Source: Octopus sinensis (lineage: Eukaryota). From it: DNA of 64,000 bases. A program made the translations under genes and the position numbers. Below are positions 40,250 through 55,112 of the stretch, one piece after another (position 1 is the stretch's first letter; each line of letters opens with the position of its first letter). The notes beneath the pieces are model-generated. The model saw only the letters and a program-made list of their open reading frames with translations, did no database searches and was not told where the DNA came from. Location: NCBI RefSeq assembly GCF_006345805.1, contig NC_043008.1, forward strand, positions 32,240,001 to 32,304,000. Direction: 5' to 3'.

Positions 40250-40650
40250 GTAGGGATTTCACCGAAGATATTTTATATCTGTGTGGACATTCACTATCTT
40301 CACATAATTATAGGCAATTGATTGTATCGTTGGTGTGGATGGGGTTTGATTTTTTGTCTCTAGATGTTTAAGTCTAGAAAGTCAGTAATTAAATTGATGA
40401 AGCTTTTATTGTGGATACTGAATTTGAGTACGTAGTTGTTTTCTACGTTTTCCATTATTTTTCAGCATTCTCCAGAGTGTCCATTACGGTGATTATATCA
40501 CCCATATACATGATGCGAAACGTATGTTCATGACTTAATGTAATTTTTCTGTGTTTTCTTGTAGCCGCGTAAAACACTGCAAACGTAAGCCAAAATGGAG
40601 AACCCATGGTTGCTCCATCTATTGCTTTTTTAACTTGCATTATCGACAAT
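40250..40650 (-). pseudogene. Penelope-like reverse transcriptase fragment
   Basis: DGATMGSPF (GxxMGSP), YMGDI (YxDD), then LKFS and FLDLNI as in the PLE thumb. Confidence 0.75.
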
Positions 40651-41599
40651 CAAAGAAAACAGTCTGAAAATTTGTTAAAATAAATCTTTTAGAAATATAG
40701 TAGAACAATGACATCTCCAGCGTAGAAATGTTAATGTAAACGTATTTAATTTAATGCACAGAGCATGAAAAATCTAATTAGAAATAAATAAGCGCTGATG
40801 AAAATATAACCAAACAAAGCAAAACAATATTCTTCAACAACTTCCGCATTTCGTGGTCGTTTTAACACAAATTTTAATTATCTTTTCGTAAAGAAAATAT
40901 TCATCTATTTTTACCGTACAAGACAAAAATAGACATTCACCGAATTTTGAATTTAAAAAATGTGGTATCTTTTTTTGTTTTCGCTGTTACTGCTTAGACC
41001 AAGCTTAAACCTGGTCGAACCGACATATGATCAAAGACATTTTAACTATCATTGCCCCACATATTCGTTTACCTAAAACTATATTGATATTGTCCGTTGC
41101 GTTTTTCCTTTATTTAAGATGGTAGGATATTACTTGAGGGACATTAAATAACTATTTCAACCAGGCTGAATGAATACGAAAAGACTCCGTTGTTGGCCCG
41201 TATGATTAAAAAAAAATGATTTCCGTAATATTGTATTTGGCCTTCATTATTGTTTTTCTTTTAGTTTATCTTTTAACCTTCTTTTGTTCCTGACACTGCT
41301 ACAGTTCAATCGAATTTCTTTTTTATCCTCTTACTTTTTTGAACAAAAGAAGAAAAGGCTTAACAGATGAGCTTCAGAAAACAACAATGCTACGAATTTT
41401 TCCCAAAATAAAATTTATAAATGCAAATGTAAATAGTCTGTCAGACATATTGGATTAGTTCACTGTCATTCATTAACCTTGCATGTAAGACTACTTTGGC
41501 ATTTATTTACTATTATTATCTTGCATCTGACTTCTCTCTGTATTTACTGATGACAGTCGGGTTAAATACACACATGAAGAAATATTCCTTACTTCCTTT

Positions 41600-41680
<81 letters not shown>

Positions 41681-41681
41681 T

Positions 41682-41887
<206 letters not shown>

Positions 41888-42202
41888 CATATGCATATAC
41901 ATATATATATTTACATACACACACACACACATATTTATACACATGCATGCACCTATGTATAAAAGTATGTATGTATAGAGAAGACGTTTATGATGTGAGG
42001 CGTAAGATAGCAAAACCCCTTACCTTGACAGGGATGGGAGAGCATCACTTAGCTGGAACTAAACATTCAAAGAATTAGACGATTTGCTTAGATTAAATGG
42101 ATTAGTTGGCTAGCCGAGAATAAAACCAATTGATCGAGTAGGAGAGGGGAGTAAAATGAAATCCTCTATATACTGTATACTGATCAATAGTCGGGATGAA
42201 TC

Positions 42203-42331
<129 letters not shown>

Positions 42332-42591
42332 ATTATCTACACACATACATATAATGTCTACATGTCGGTAATATATATATATACTAATATATGTATACAC
42401 ATATACATACATATATGCATGAAATATATGTATATATACATACACGTATGTTTGTATGTATGTATGGAAAGAGTGAGGGGGGGAGAGGAAGTGAGAGAAA
42501 ACAATTTAGGGATGTGGGATTCGAATCAACATAATCTGAGCAAAGATCACCAAAATCTTCGTTTGGAATATTGCCACATACACAATATGAA

Positions 42592-42622
<31 letters not shown>

Positions 42623-42734
42623 TGGAATTCGATGGGAATGTTGTAAGATGGAGTATTACAAAAGAAAAAGAAATGGTGGAGTGGAGGAGGGGGCGGAAAT
42701 AGGATGTTTCTGGAAATAGGATGTGGTCATAGTG

Positions 42735-42766
<32 letters not shown>

Positions 42767-43299
42767 GATGAGGAAGAGGATAAGGGGTGTTGAGGTGGAG
42801 AAGGAGGAGGTAGAGAAGGTGGAGAAGGTGGGGTGGAAGAAGAGAGTGGGGTGGAGGAAGAGGAGAGGGAGGTGGTGGTGGAGGAGGATAACGATGGTAA
42901 TGTCCATGGTGATGATGATGATGATGATGATGGTTTAGGTTATGGTGGTGGTTGTGATAGTAATGGTAACGACGGTGATGATGAACCAGAAAAGTATCAG
43001 TGACATTAATTTCTACTTCTTTTCTTTTTATTTTATTAAAAATAAAATCGCCATTGCTGGTTTAATTCGAACTCGAGTCGCGTTAGGTACTAATCTCTGG
43101 AGATTGTAACAAATCTCTCTATCTTGTTTTGTCGACTTTCATTCACGGCCAACTCACCTTCCTCCTCTCTCTCTCACCTTCCTCCCCCTCCCTCTCCCCC
43201 TCCCCCCTCCCTCCCCCCTCTCTCTCACACACACTCTCACACACAAATGATATCAAAAGCGAACCGACGGGAAAGCCTCTGTATGGTCTCCCGATCCGA

Positions 43300-43580
43300 G
43301 GCAAAAGTCCGAGCAAGGTTATTTATGGAAGAACAGCAGTCGCCCATATATACCAGCCTCCCCTCTCCATACCACCAATGTCATCCAAAAGAAAGGCAAA
43401 GGGGCCGATACAGCTTGGCACCAGTGACGTCGCAACTCATTCCTACCGCTTAGTGAATTGGAGCAACGTGAAATAAAGTGTCTTGCTTAAGGATACAACA
43501 CACATCCCGGTCCGGGAATCGAACTTACTACCTCATGATTCTGAGTCCAACACTCTAACCAATGAGCTATTTGCCTTCAT
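43300..43580 (-). mobile_element. tRNA-derived SINE, family C head with different tail
   Basis: Minus: head plus gtgtatccttaagcaagacactttatttcacgttgctcc core. Confidence 0.65.
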
Positions 43581-44129
43581 TTCTGCTAGAAATAGCAGGC
43601 AAATTCCCCCAAATACACCTTACACTTTTAAGAAAGCGGCATTGGATAACATAGTTCTATATATACCTAAAAAGGGTAGGATAGCTACAGCTGGAATGCC
43701 TTTAATCATTGTTCATCTCAATTTGGGTTGACCTAGGACGAAATGACATTAAACAATGAAATTCCTACATAATAAAGGAGTAAAGGAGTCTTTTAATTCA
43801 ACTCCATTTTTATTTGATGCTTATTTTTATCGATAGATAAAGTTTTAATGAAAAATCGATCATAGGCGCGGATGTGGCTGTGTGGTAAGAAGCTTACTTC
43901 CCAACCATATGGTTCTGGGCTCAGTCTCACTGCATGACACCTCGGACAGCTGTCTTGTACTATAGGCTCGAATTGCCCAAAGCCTTGTGAGTAGATTTGG
44001 TAAACAGAAACTGAAATAAGCTATATATATTGAGAAAAAGGAGGCAGTCAGAATTTTGGATAATTCTTTATTAGCGCTTTCGTTTGTTTATCGATTGGTC
44101 AAGACAAAATCAAAATCAATATTTATGTA

Positions 44130-44799
44130 CACTGGCGAAAATTAATTTAAGACCGATGATAAAAGTTCTATTTCTTACAAAATATTTTGTTACTAACACC
44201 ATATGCCTCCGAGGTCTATTTATCAGCACGACAATAGTCCTGTGCACAAAGCCAAAAAGGTTAAGGAATTTTTTGATCACCATAATATTGACGCAATCGA
44301 ATGGCCTCCCCAGAGCTAGGACCTGAATCCGATCGAGAACTTGTGGAATTATGTTTCCAATAAAGTCCATGCTAAAAAACCATCTAATCTGAAACAATTA
44401 TTCGATTATATCAATGAAATATGGCAAAACATTTCCATAGAATTTTGTAATCACTTTGCGAATTCAATGCCGAGGCGTTGTTCAGCCATTATTAAGAATA
44501 AAGGTTACGCCACAAAGTACTAGTATGTATTTCGTTCTTGTTGCTCATTTTTGCTACAATCTTAAGCTTTAAATAAAATTATAATGGTACGGTCTTAAAC
44601 TAATTTTGCCGGTAAATTTGAAACTTTTATATTAATTTAGCATTAGAATTCTTGAAGTTGCATAAAAATAGTTATTGTCTGCAGAAATAAATTCTGCATA
44701 AGGTTTAAAAGATAAAAATACTTTGTATGGTGTTAGTAACAAAATGTTTCGTAAGAAATAGAACTTTTATCATTGGTCTTAAATTTATTTTCGCCAGTG
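44130..44799 (+). mobile_element. Internally deleted Tc1 element with ~73-bp TIRs, nested in a SINE B copy
   Basis: TIRs 44130-44202 / 44726-44799; TA flanks; YQHDNSPVH...EWPPQS*DLNPIENLW...KGYATKY. Confidence 0.9.
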
Positions 44800-44800
44800 T

Positions 44801-44911
<111 letters not shown>

Positions 44912-45549
44912 TGTATGTTCAATCATCTATCTATCTGTATGTGGGTCTTCATGTTTGTCCTCCACCACCGCTTGTCAACTAGTGTTGGTGTGTTTACATT
45001 CCCGCAACGTATCTGTTCGGCAAAAGGATTGATGGAATAAGTACCAGGCTTTAAAAAATAAGTACTGAGATCAATACATTCGACGAAAATTGCTTTAGGT
45101 TGTGCTCCAGCATGGCCGCAATGAAATGACTGAAACCAGTAAAAGATAAAAGAGGATTGTGAAATTTAACCCGAGAAAATAAAATGCTGCCATTAAACAC
45201 TTTCCATTAAGGAAGATCCTTGCTACTATAAGGCACAAGGTTTGAAATATTTAGAGGAGAGACTAGACGATTTACCCAAGTGCTAAACTGGTACTTATTT
45301 TATAGATCTCGAAAGGATTAAAGGCAAAGTGGATTATCGGTGGAATTTGAACTCTGAAGGTAAAGACCGACGATATGAGACGAAGCATTTTGTTCAGCCT
45401 GCTAAAGATTCTGCTAGCTCGCTGCCTCACAAGTTTTAGTAATAATTTGAAACTTTAGCTTAAGGGCAGCAATTTTAAGGAAAGGGCTAAGTCGACATCA
45501 TCGACCTCAGTGCTCGACAGGTTCATATTTTACCGATCCCGAGGGGATG

Positions 45550-46050
45550 AAAAGCAAAGTCGACCTCAGCGGATTTTGAAATCTGAACGTAAAGACGGAT
45601 ATAATGTCACGAAGCATTTCGTCCGGCATACTGGCTACTATACCAGCTCGCTGTCTCACGACTTTCAATAATGATAGCAGTAAATAAGGGCAGTAGAGGG
45701 GAAGAAACGGAGAGCCGTACGAAATGCCATTGGCACGTTAATTTCACGAGCAGGCTGCCGGGTTGATGGGATCAACTGGAACCCTCGTCGTCGTAACCGA
45801 CGGATTGCCAGTTAGTTCGTTCTCTGCCCAAATTTGAGACATTGTGCTTATGTTAGAAATTAGTGATGAAATACATTCCAATCAAATCCTTCGTAAAAAA
45901 AACAAATAGATAAAATTTTATATCAAAGAGGTGGATATGAAGCGGAAATTGAATCTCTAATCCAAAAGGGCTCGGAATTCTAAATATATAACAGGAGGGT
46001 TTTTAATCTTAAACTATACCGATCATTTCCTCTGATTTATTTTTTATCAA

Positions 46051-46108
<58 letters not shown>

Positions 46109-47643
46109 ACACACACACACACATTTGTAAAGTGGATTAATAGATTTGGTCGGGAGCCAGATAGAATGTCTTGCAGTATTTAGTTACTTGCTTTTACGTT
46201 TGGATTTCAAATTTAGTCGAGGGGCAACTTGACCTTAACTCCTTCTGCGTTGATAAAGTAAAATGCGAATTAAGTACCTGAATCGATCTAATTATTCGGT
46301 TATGCACTCGTATAATCAAGCACATATAAATTTAATCAACTTAACCTTTCTTTTATAAAGCATTCGATTATCTTTCTTTGCGCCATGAGATCGAGGAAAG
46401 ACATCACGACTCGTCGTGGAATTTTCATGGAGTAGGACAAAAGTAGGTTTCTGTCACCTTCCTTCGCGCGTATTTTTACTGGACATCATCTTGCAAATTA
46501 GATACAAACTAATTCACCACACCTGCCGGGAAATTCAGAATATTATGATCTGCAATAAATAATGCGAAGCATTTTGTCCTAAGCCTTCAACAATTTCATT
46601 AATCCAACGCCATAGAAGATGCACGGGAAGCTAACTGGAGCAAGATTTTATCTCAGAACGTAAAAGAAAATAGAAAAGGTAAAGCCGACCTCAGCGGATT
46701 TGAACTCAGAATGTGAAGACAAATAAAATGTCACGTAGCAGTTCGTCCGGAATACTGACTATTCAACCAGCTCGCTGTCTCACGATTGCCAATAATTATA
46801 GTAGTAAATAAGGACAATAGAGAGGTAGAAACAGTAGACCACATGATAAAATGCTTTGCTCCATTTAGTTAGAACCATTTACGTCCTTCGTAGGCATCCC
46901 AGCTATGTGGACACTGCCTTTTATCTTTTTTTTGGCGGGGAAGGGGCATAAAATTAAGTACCAGTTAAGAATTGGAAGTTGATTTAATCCATCATATTCC
47001 CGCGTGGCTTAATGGTTTGAGTATTCGTCTTACGATCGTAAGGTCGTAGGTTCAATTCCGGATGACGCGTTGTGTCCTTGAGCAAGACACTTTATTTCAC
47101 GTTGCTCCAGTCCACTCGGCTGGTAAAAATGAGTAGTACTTGTATTTCAGTGCCACGCTGATTTTCCCTGAGATCGTTCAGGGTGCATGTGTTTATGGAG
47201 TGCTCGCCCTTAATACATTAATTTCACGAGCAGGCAGTTCCGTTGATCGGTTCAACTGGAACCCTTGTCGTCGTAACCGACGGAATGTCATTTAGTTAGT
47301 TCCCTGGCCAAATTTGAGACGCTGTGCTTATATTAGAAATCAATGATAAAATACCTTTCAGTCAACTGCTTAATAAATAAATAAAATTTGTATCAAAGTG
47401 AAGGGAAATTGAATCTCTAATCCAAAAGGCCATGGAATTCTAAATATGTGACAGAAGGGTCTTTATTCTTAAACTATACCAGTTATTTCTGCTGAGCTTT
47501 TTTCTATTAGATTATATATATAATACATACATTCATACATACATACATACATACATACATACATACATACATACATACATACATACATACATACTACATA
47601 CATACATACATACATGCATACATACATATATATATATATATAA

Positions 47644-47719
<76 letters not shown>

Positions 47720-48240
47720 GTGAAGTGGATTTATAGCTTTGACCTTAACTTGTTGTGTGTTGATAAAATGCGAATTAAGTACTTGAATCGATCTAATCAT
47801 TCGATTATGCTCTAGTATAATCAACTACATATAAATATGAATGATCTGACCTTTCTTTTATCAAGCATTCGATTATCTTTCCTTGCTCCATGAGATCGAT
47901 AAATGGTTCTAGGCGACTTCGTTAACGAAATATATGCTCGTCGTGGAATTTTCATCGGTATGGATAAAAGTGGTTTCCTGTTACGTTCCTTTCAAGTATA
48001 TATTTTACATAACATTATATTGCAAATTAGATACAAACAAATTAACCACACCTGCCTGGACATTCAGAATGAAATGATCTGCAATAACTAACGCGAAGCA
48101 TTTCATTCTACGCCTTCCACAATTGTCCTACGTCTTCAACAATTTCACTAACCCAACACCAAAGAAGATAAAAAGTAAAGATAACTGTAGCAAGATTTTA
48201 CCTTAGAACGTAAAAAAAATAAAAATAAATAAAAATAGAA
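45550..48240 (+). repeat. Old tandem duplication (copy 1 ~45550-46675, copy 2 ~46676-48240)
   Basis: Collinear SINE fragments and non-SINE sequence, roughly 80-85% identical; copy 1 lacks ~370 bp. Confidence 0.85.
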
Positions 48241-49307
48241 CAAATGTAATTTGTCTAACACTTTGACAGTTCTACAAATCCACCTTTCTGGAACAACGAT
48301 ACCTTCATTTTATCGACTTTGGAAGGATGAAGAGCAAAGCTAACTTCAGTGAGATTTGAGCTTACGAGCTTAAGTGCAGACGGTATTTTGTGAAATGCAT
48401 TAGCGATTCTGTCAACTTGCCGCCCCAGTCTATTATAGCTTCACCATCACATTTTAAGTGAAGCAACCGAATATGCTTTTCTTTTATTATACTGTGTCTT
48501 TATAGAAATCATTAGTTTTAAACATGGTGGACAGCGGTAGAACACGCAAGGAAATGTTTGCTATTCATTATTACCTTCCACGTTCTGAATTAAAATGTTC
48601 TCGAGATCAACTTTATTTCCCATCCTTATTGTTTTCCATACTTGTTTTATTTTTATTCCCTTCACAATTCTTTTTACGTAACTCACCACAGTTTTTTTTT
48701 CTTTTGAAACATGGCCTTGAAATGTTTCTGCATACGTCACAGTTGGGGGAAATAAAAGAAATCATCATCATCATCATCATCATTATTATTATAATACTTG
48801 TCCTTGTGACAATTATAGAAGTGATTCTCATTTTGCCTTTCTTGGTATTGTTAATTCGAAGAACGGAAGAAACATAAATAGAGAAATGAAAATTCTTCAT
48901 GTATTTCTCAGTGAGAAACATTGTGATATAATTCCCTGCTAAAGGTAGGACTGGCTGCACATTTTTTGTTATCAAAGTTTAATCAAAATAAGGAGGGCAG
49001 TGCATATGATCCGGATCTATGAGAACAGCGGAAGCATGAAGGACGAAGAAACCACAACTCAACTGGTGCTGCCACCCACTACTTCGTTCCTTGCTGGAGA
49101 CCCAGCTGGACGTAAGTGGGCGTAGGTGTTCCTGCCAGCAAATAGAGCCAGAGCCTTTTCAAGTGTTAATCACAAGTCTTAGTTTTTGTACCTAGAGTTG
49201 AACCTTCACTAGAGAGCCATATCCACCTCTAATGGTACCAGTACCATGACAAAATAGGTGCAATATGAAGCAGCACAAGTAAGATATTAGTTATCTTCAT
49301 AGTAGAG

Positions 49308-49880
49308 GTGGAGGCGTGTGGCTTAGTGGTTAGGGTGTCAGCATCATGATCGTAAGATTGTGGTTTCGATTCCTGGACTGGGCGACGCGTTGTGTTCTTG
49401 AGCAAAACATTTCATTTCACATTGCTCCAGTCCACTCAGCTGGCAAAAATGAGTAACGCTGCGATGGACTGGCCTCCCGTCCAGCTGGGGAACACATACG
49501 CCATTGAAACCGGGAAACCGGGCTCATGAGCCCGGCTAGGTTTTACAAGGGCGCATTTATTATTTTTGTGGAGGCGCAGCAGCCCAGGGGTTAGGGCAGC
49601 GGATTTGCAGTCGGAGGATCGCGGTTTCGATTCCCAGACCAGGCATTGTGTGTGTTTATTGAGAGAAAACACCTAAAGCTCCACGAGCCTCCGGCAGGGT
49701 GTGGTGGCGACCCCTGTTGTACTCTTTCGCCACAACTTTCTCTCACTCTTTCTTCCTGTTTCTTGAGTAACGCTGCGATGGACTGGCGTCTCGTTCAGCT
49801 GGGGGGAACACATACGCCACAGAAACCGGGAAACCGGGCCCATGAGCCTGGCTAGGCTTGAAAAGGGCGCATAAATAAAA
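49308..49880 (+). mobile_element. Tandem pair of SINE family C copies
   Basis: Two tRNA-like heads (49308, 49570) with shared tail gaaaccgggaaaccgggc..catgagcc. Confidence 0.8.
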
Positions 49881-50049
49881 TAAAATATTTTCATAGCAGA
49901 GGCCTAGTGCGAGAGATTTCCACTCAACATGGTTCGTTAAAACCATCTAAATAAAGGTGAAAACTATGTTTCTTTTCTTTCATAGTTAAATTTAATTCTT
50001 CAACATGTTCATGTCATGTATTGGTTTCTTTTTTTATACGTGCAAACGT

Positions 50050-53000
50050 TTAAATGGATTTACATAGCTAAGTACCAAGTACCAACAAGGATCGAATCAA
50101 TCCCTGGTACAGCCTTTCTTCACTGAAGTAGACTGTGATAAGAAGCGGATAACAGCTCTAGGAGTTCTCCCATTCTCCGGTTACTGTGGACATCTGCCAA
50201 GAGGCTGCCAAACAAATCTGGCATGGAAACATAGAATTCATATGGCAGACCATCCGAACCGAGCGATTTGCGACTTGTGCAATCGCTCATCGCCACCTGT
50301 ATTTCAATGGTGTAATCGTCTTTTCGCAGAATTTCGCGTCCGTTACGGAGAGTCGTGGTAAGCCGTCGAGGTACAAAGTAAAGTCCGGTACCGCCGTCGA
50401 CCCATCACCCTCGCAAAGTGCTGCTGTAAAGCTGCACACATCTGTTCAAAACCGTGTAGCGCGCGTTCGATCTGATTCGTCAAAAACGTGATCGTGGTTT
50501 GTTTCCAAGTCGCGTCTCTATCGTTCGGGCCCATCGCATGGCTTTAGTTCCTTTGTGTTTTAGCGCATGGGCCTTAGCTCTGATAACGCACTCTTCGTGT
50601 TTCGCCTCAAAGAAATGGTCAAGGGTCATTCTCACCCCCAACACCTCGGTCCTGATGCCTTTACTAATAACCTCTTCTAGTTTGCTAACTAATTCTCCCT
50701 CTAATCTATTTCTTTCTATTGTTGAATCTTTGCTAAGCGCTATCGATTCTACTCTAATCACTCTTGCCAGAGCGATCCACCACGCTTGGTGACGATAGCC
50801 CCCGTCAACTGCCGCTTTAATAGTTCGCTAATCCGGTCCCTGTAGTCTTTGAAAGCCGGTGAGGACGCATTCAACTTCCAGTAATCGAGTCCCTGTCTAC
50901 AGGTCTTATCTAAATCGACTGAGCATATCATAAATTTGTGATATACCGATCAATTTAAATTGTAGACGGCCTATGCTATCCATATCCTCTAATCTAACAA
51001 ATACTCTATCTAAATATGATCTGGATGGCCTGCTGTGGTTTCTACTGGCACATCATGGGAAATTCAGTGAGTACCTGTCAGAAAGCTGGAAAGTCTTGAG
51101 CAGGTTTCCGAGGTTTTACATCCAGTTCTGCTATGTACTAAACCCACACAGTCCTTCCGTGCGTCTAGAATACTATTTCAGTCCCTCACTAGTACTTAAG
51201 TGGGAGACGTTCCCAAGAATGTTTCCAGACGCCTGAAGAAATCTGGCCTTCCAGCACGTTAGGGTATAAACCACCACCAGTCTAAAGCGCCACCTTCGCT
51301 GCTATTCACGTCTAGAACCATCACCCTACATCCGGGTCTGTACTTGGAGATCTAAGTATTTCTGCACTACCACTGCTACACCATCACCTGCTCCTCACAG
51401 ACCACAAGATAAAAATACCTCGTAGTTCTCGAAAATGGATGTTAGAGAGACCAAATCAAGCGACCTGAGATCATTGAGCAAGTGACCTTGCTGCCAAGCC
51501 GATCCCAGTCCACGCACATTCACACACCCTATTCTCAGCACTGTTATGCTAGTTGTAGAAAGAAAAAGAGGAGGTTACTTACCTTGATTTTTGAGAAGCC
51601 CGGAATTTCTGGGCCGCTCTACCGGCGAAAACATTTTAAAAGGGGTTTCCAACAGCCTTTTATCAACTGATTTTTAAAAAATTCCCACCCTACATGGAAA
51701 TTTTTCTCTTATTGTTTTATAAACGTCTGATGACGTTTTAATGAAGAGTCTGTCCTAGGGGATCTTGAGTATGAAATCCTATGTCTAAGCTTTGTTTTTG
51801 TTTTGACTTACAAAATCCATCAATCCACTGTTGCACTTGTCTACAACAGTGAAATTGATGGATACACTTCGTCTACAGTTTGAAAAATATTCATGTTTCT
51901 GAAATTGGTTGTTTCCGTGTTTCTGTGATTTCATGCTGTTGTTGATGATGTTGCTGTTTTTGAAGTTGCTGGTTTTGTTCTTGTTATTTTTGTTGGAGTG
52001 GTTGTGAATTGTGTTGTAGTTGTGGATTCAGATGTTTTTGTTGATTTCTCGGAGCAGAGCAATGTACTCTCTCCCTCTTTTGCTTACCCCCTTTAGACAC
52101 TGTGATCCATTGATCGTTCAGCTCTTCTTTCTCCATGTCATTGCAGTTAGTATTGGTTTGGGAGGAAGAGCATTCAAGAGAAGCTTGCTTTTCCGTGGCA
52201 ACTGAAGGTAGACTCCTTCTTTGTCTTGGTTTGGGAGTAGGTGTGTACCTGGGTGTAGGCGTAGGAGTCTTGAGCACTTGTTTATGATTTTGCGCTTGTA
52301 GTGTTTGTAATGTTGGTAGCAGTGAGACTTTATTATTTCTTGTTTTAGGGCAGAAAGCCTTTAAGTGAGTTACAGATCCACATATGGCATCTTGGCTTTC
52401 TACCATCTACGAACACTGACAGGTGAGTACCATCCGGGAGATCGATTAAATCAGGCAGCTGATCGATATGGTCCTGCTTGCATTGCAAGGTCAGTTCCAT
52501 ACCTGTACCTAACCAGTTTTGCTTAGGTAGTTTCTTGATCTCCAATATTCTTCTTCTAAATCTGCCAAGGCAGCCGCAACTAACCAGGTATTGGATATTT
52601 CTGGCAGCACATTCAGCACCCTAATTTTGGCAAGGCTATTGCTGCGATAGCTAGAGATTAAAAAAAAGTTGTTATTCCTCAAAGAGGTCATGGTAGCTTC
52701 TTCTTCCGACCCAAATCTCACCTCGATAGTTCCAAACTTCTTTCTTCGAGTGATAGGGGTCTTTTGTTCCCACACGCGCCCAAGGCATCTTTGTATTTCG
52801 CTCTCAGGAGCATTTTCCACCCATCAAGACTTGACTCCGATGCAACGATATGTTATCGTGCTTCTTGCGATATTTTCTATCCTGTCGGATGGAAGGTTTA
52901 GAGCTACTCTTCTCCCATCGTTTTACAAATTTTCTTGCCACTTCTAATTCTTCATCCATCTTTGCGTTTTTATGTTTCATTTCTTTCGTACTGTTGCTGT

Positions 53001-53530
53001 TGTTATTGTTGTTGCTGTTGTTGTTATTATTGTTGTTATTGTTACGGTTGTTGTTGTTGTTGTTACTGCTGCTGCTGTTGCTGTTGTTGTTCTCGTTGTC
53101 GACACCAAAGGTTTTGATGTTGCTTAGAGACGAAATATTTTTCGCCTCAGTGACGTCATTAACTTTAGGCCATTCGATTTATTTTCTTATTCTCAATTTT
53201 TTCCTCCTCAACTTTTTCGACGAGGAGTACGTTCCTTTGTCCAACATTATGATGGCTTCTTTATCAGCCATCTTTAAATAATTAAAGAAAATTGCAAAAT
53301 ATTTGCTTTTGCCAAAAGTAGTTCAAATTCAAAACTTGTTGATGCGCAACCCCTGCAAAACAGGGGGTGTTTCTACACAATAATACTATCTATGCAGTCC
53401 ACAGAATCTCAGAAATGCAATGGTAACAATAAAAAGGAAAACACGTGGCCTTAGAAGGCCGCAAAGACTACAAACACTTTTTCAACTTACGGAGCACCAA
53501 ATTTCCGTGACTTCACAGTATGGCGGCCAT
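50050..53530 (-). mobile_element. Tx1/L1-clade LINE: ORF1 plus APE endonuclease, RT apparently deleted, decayed
   Basis: ORF1 ~53271-51600 with CCHC knuckle across a frameshift (PRCHICGSVTHLKAFCP); ORF2 from ~51545: VNVRGL, SYLDRVFVR, DHK, YWKLNAS; 5' end abuts (TAA)n. Confidence 0.8.
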
Positions 53531-54009
53531 AATAATAATAATAATAATAATATAATAATAATAATAATAATAATATAATAATAATAATAATAATAATAAT
53601 GATAATAATAATAATAATAATAATTCTTTGTGTTATAACAACAGCATCATCAATAACAACAACAACGACAACGACGACAACGACGACGACGACAACAACA
53701 CAACAACAACAACAACAACAATAACAACAAAAAATTGTACGAGCAATAAAAATGACTTACTCACGTGGTTGGACTACTATTCCTTTAAAATAATGGGATG
53801 AGAATTTAACAAATATTGTTTATATTTTTAAAATTTTATGAGACGGAAGGTTGTGAGCTGTGGGAGATTTGACTGCTTTTCTTTTGCAAGTTAAATCTTT
53901 TTATTTTGATTCTATGTGAACAGTTACGTCTCTGCACAACTGAAATGCATTGTTCTTTTCATATAACTCATTTTGGTGGTCTTATTTGAAAAGTACAATC
54001 GCGAGTATA

Positions 54010-54480
54010 AGCATCCAAAATGGAGTTCCTCCAAAGGATCTGTAGAGTTGTGTTACTCGACACGGTGTGTAAATAAGAAATCAGGGCGTCACTTTACATC
54101 GAGCTGCTACGTTTCTGCATTGAAAGATCACAACAGCTCCGATACTATAGACGTGATTAAAATGTCGCAGGAAAAGCTCAGAAGACGGATTCTACAAGCC
54201 GAGCCAACTAACAGGAACTAAGGGTGGACCAAGAAGAAGGACATGGTTGGATAATATCCATAGTCTTAGTTGGTAACGCTTTGGAATCCAGCCAGAAAGT
54301 CTAGTGGTGATTGCTTTTAATAGGACGCTATGGAAGAAGTGTTTCAGGACGCCAACGACCCTCTCAGGAATTGTGGGCGGAGAAGATAACTGGAGGGAAT
54401 TACATTGTCCCTGCTGGGTTCTCTTATTTTTTTGTCAGAATAAGTGCAGCGAACATGAAGCTAAACAAGACCCCCGAAAC
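54010..54480 (+). mobile_element. RTE-clade LINE 3' fragment
   Basis: Frames resemble IERSQLRxY..M and GPRRRTWLDNI. Confidence 0.65.
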
Positions 54481-55112
54481 TGGTTGGGGAGGAGAAAGGG
54501 AGGGCGTTACCCTCAAATTGGAGATCTGACCCAATATACTTACAAGAGAAGGAATTCAGCTAAATGCACCCGATAACTAAGTTCCAAATTATGGTATAAA
54601 CCAAGCGATGGTTTCCTACAAACTCTAAATTATTGATGTTCTTATCGTTATTTAGCAGCAGGTTATCCCTCATTAAAGGCCTATTATTAAATCGTGACCA
54701 TTCCACATTTTTTCAGACAGGAAAAAACGTTTCTGCCAGCTCGTCGCATTATCTGCGGAACTGATAACGAAACTAAAGCAATCGCTGAGAACGCAGAAAG
54801 GAAATTGGGTTTTCTGAGTAAACGAAACAAACATATAAATGATTTTAAAAGTCTCTAACTAAATGGCATTAGATGAAAGTACATGAATTTGATATTCGGT
54901 TACATCTTTGCAAATTTATTTCCTATATTTTCTAAAGAGTGTTTCAAGTTAGTATTATTATTATTATTGTTTAGAGTTAGTATTATTTTCTAATTGTTTA
55001 CGACGCAACCAATTTGTAACGTATTTATTGAAGTGTGGTAGTTACTCGGAATACCCAAGTTTCTTTTTGTGTTTTCCTGGTGATATTTTGCTTTCATCGT
55101 TAGTCCTGCAGT

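Noticed and set aside
48613-48975. 120-aa Cys/Lys-rich ORF
   Set aside because: Spans an (ATC)n microsatellite; no domain or splice evidence
51721-51745. ctgatga hammerhead core
   Set aside because: No GAAAC or stems II/III; chance match inside a LINE
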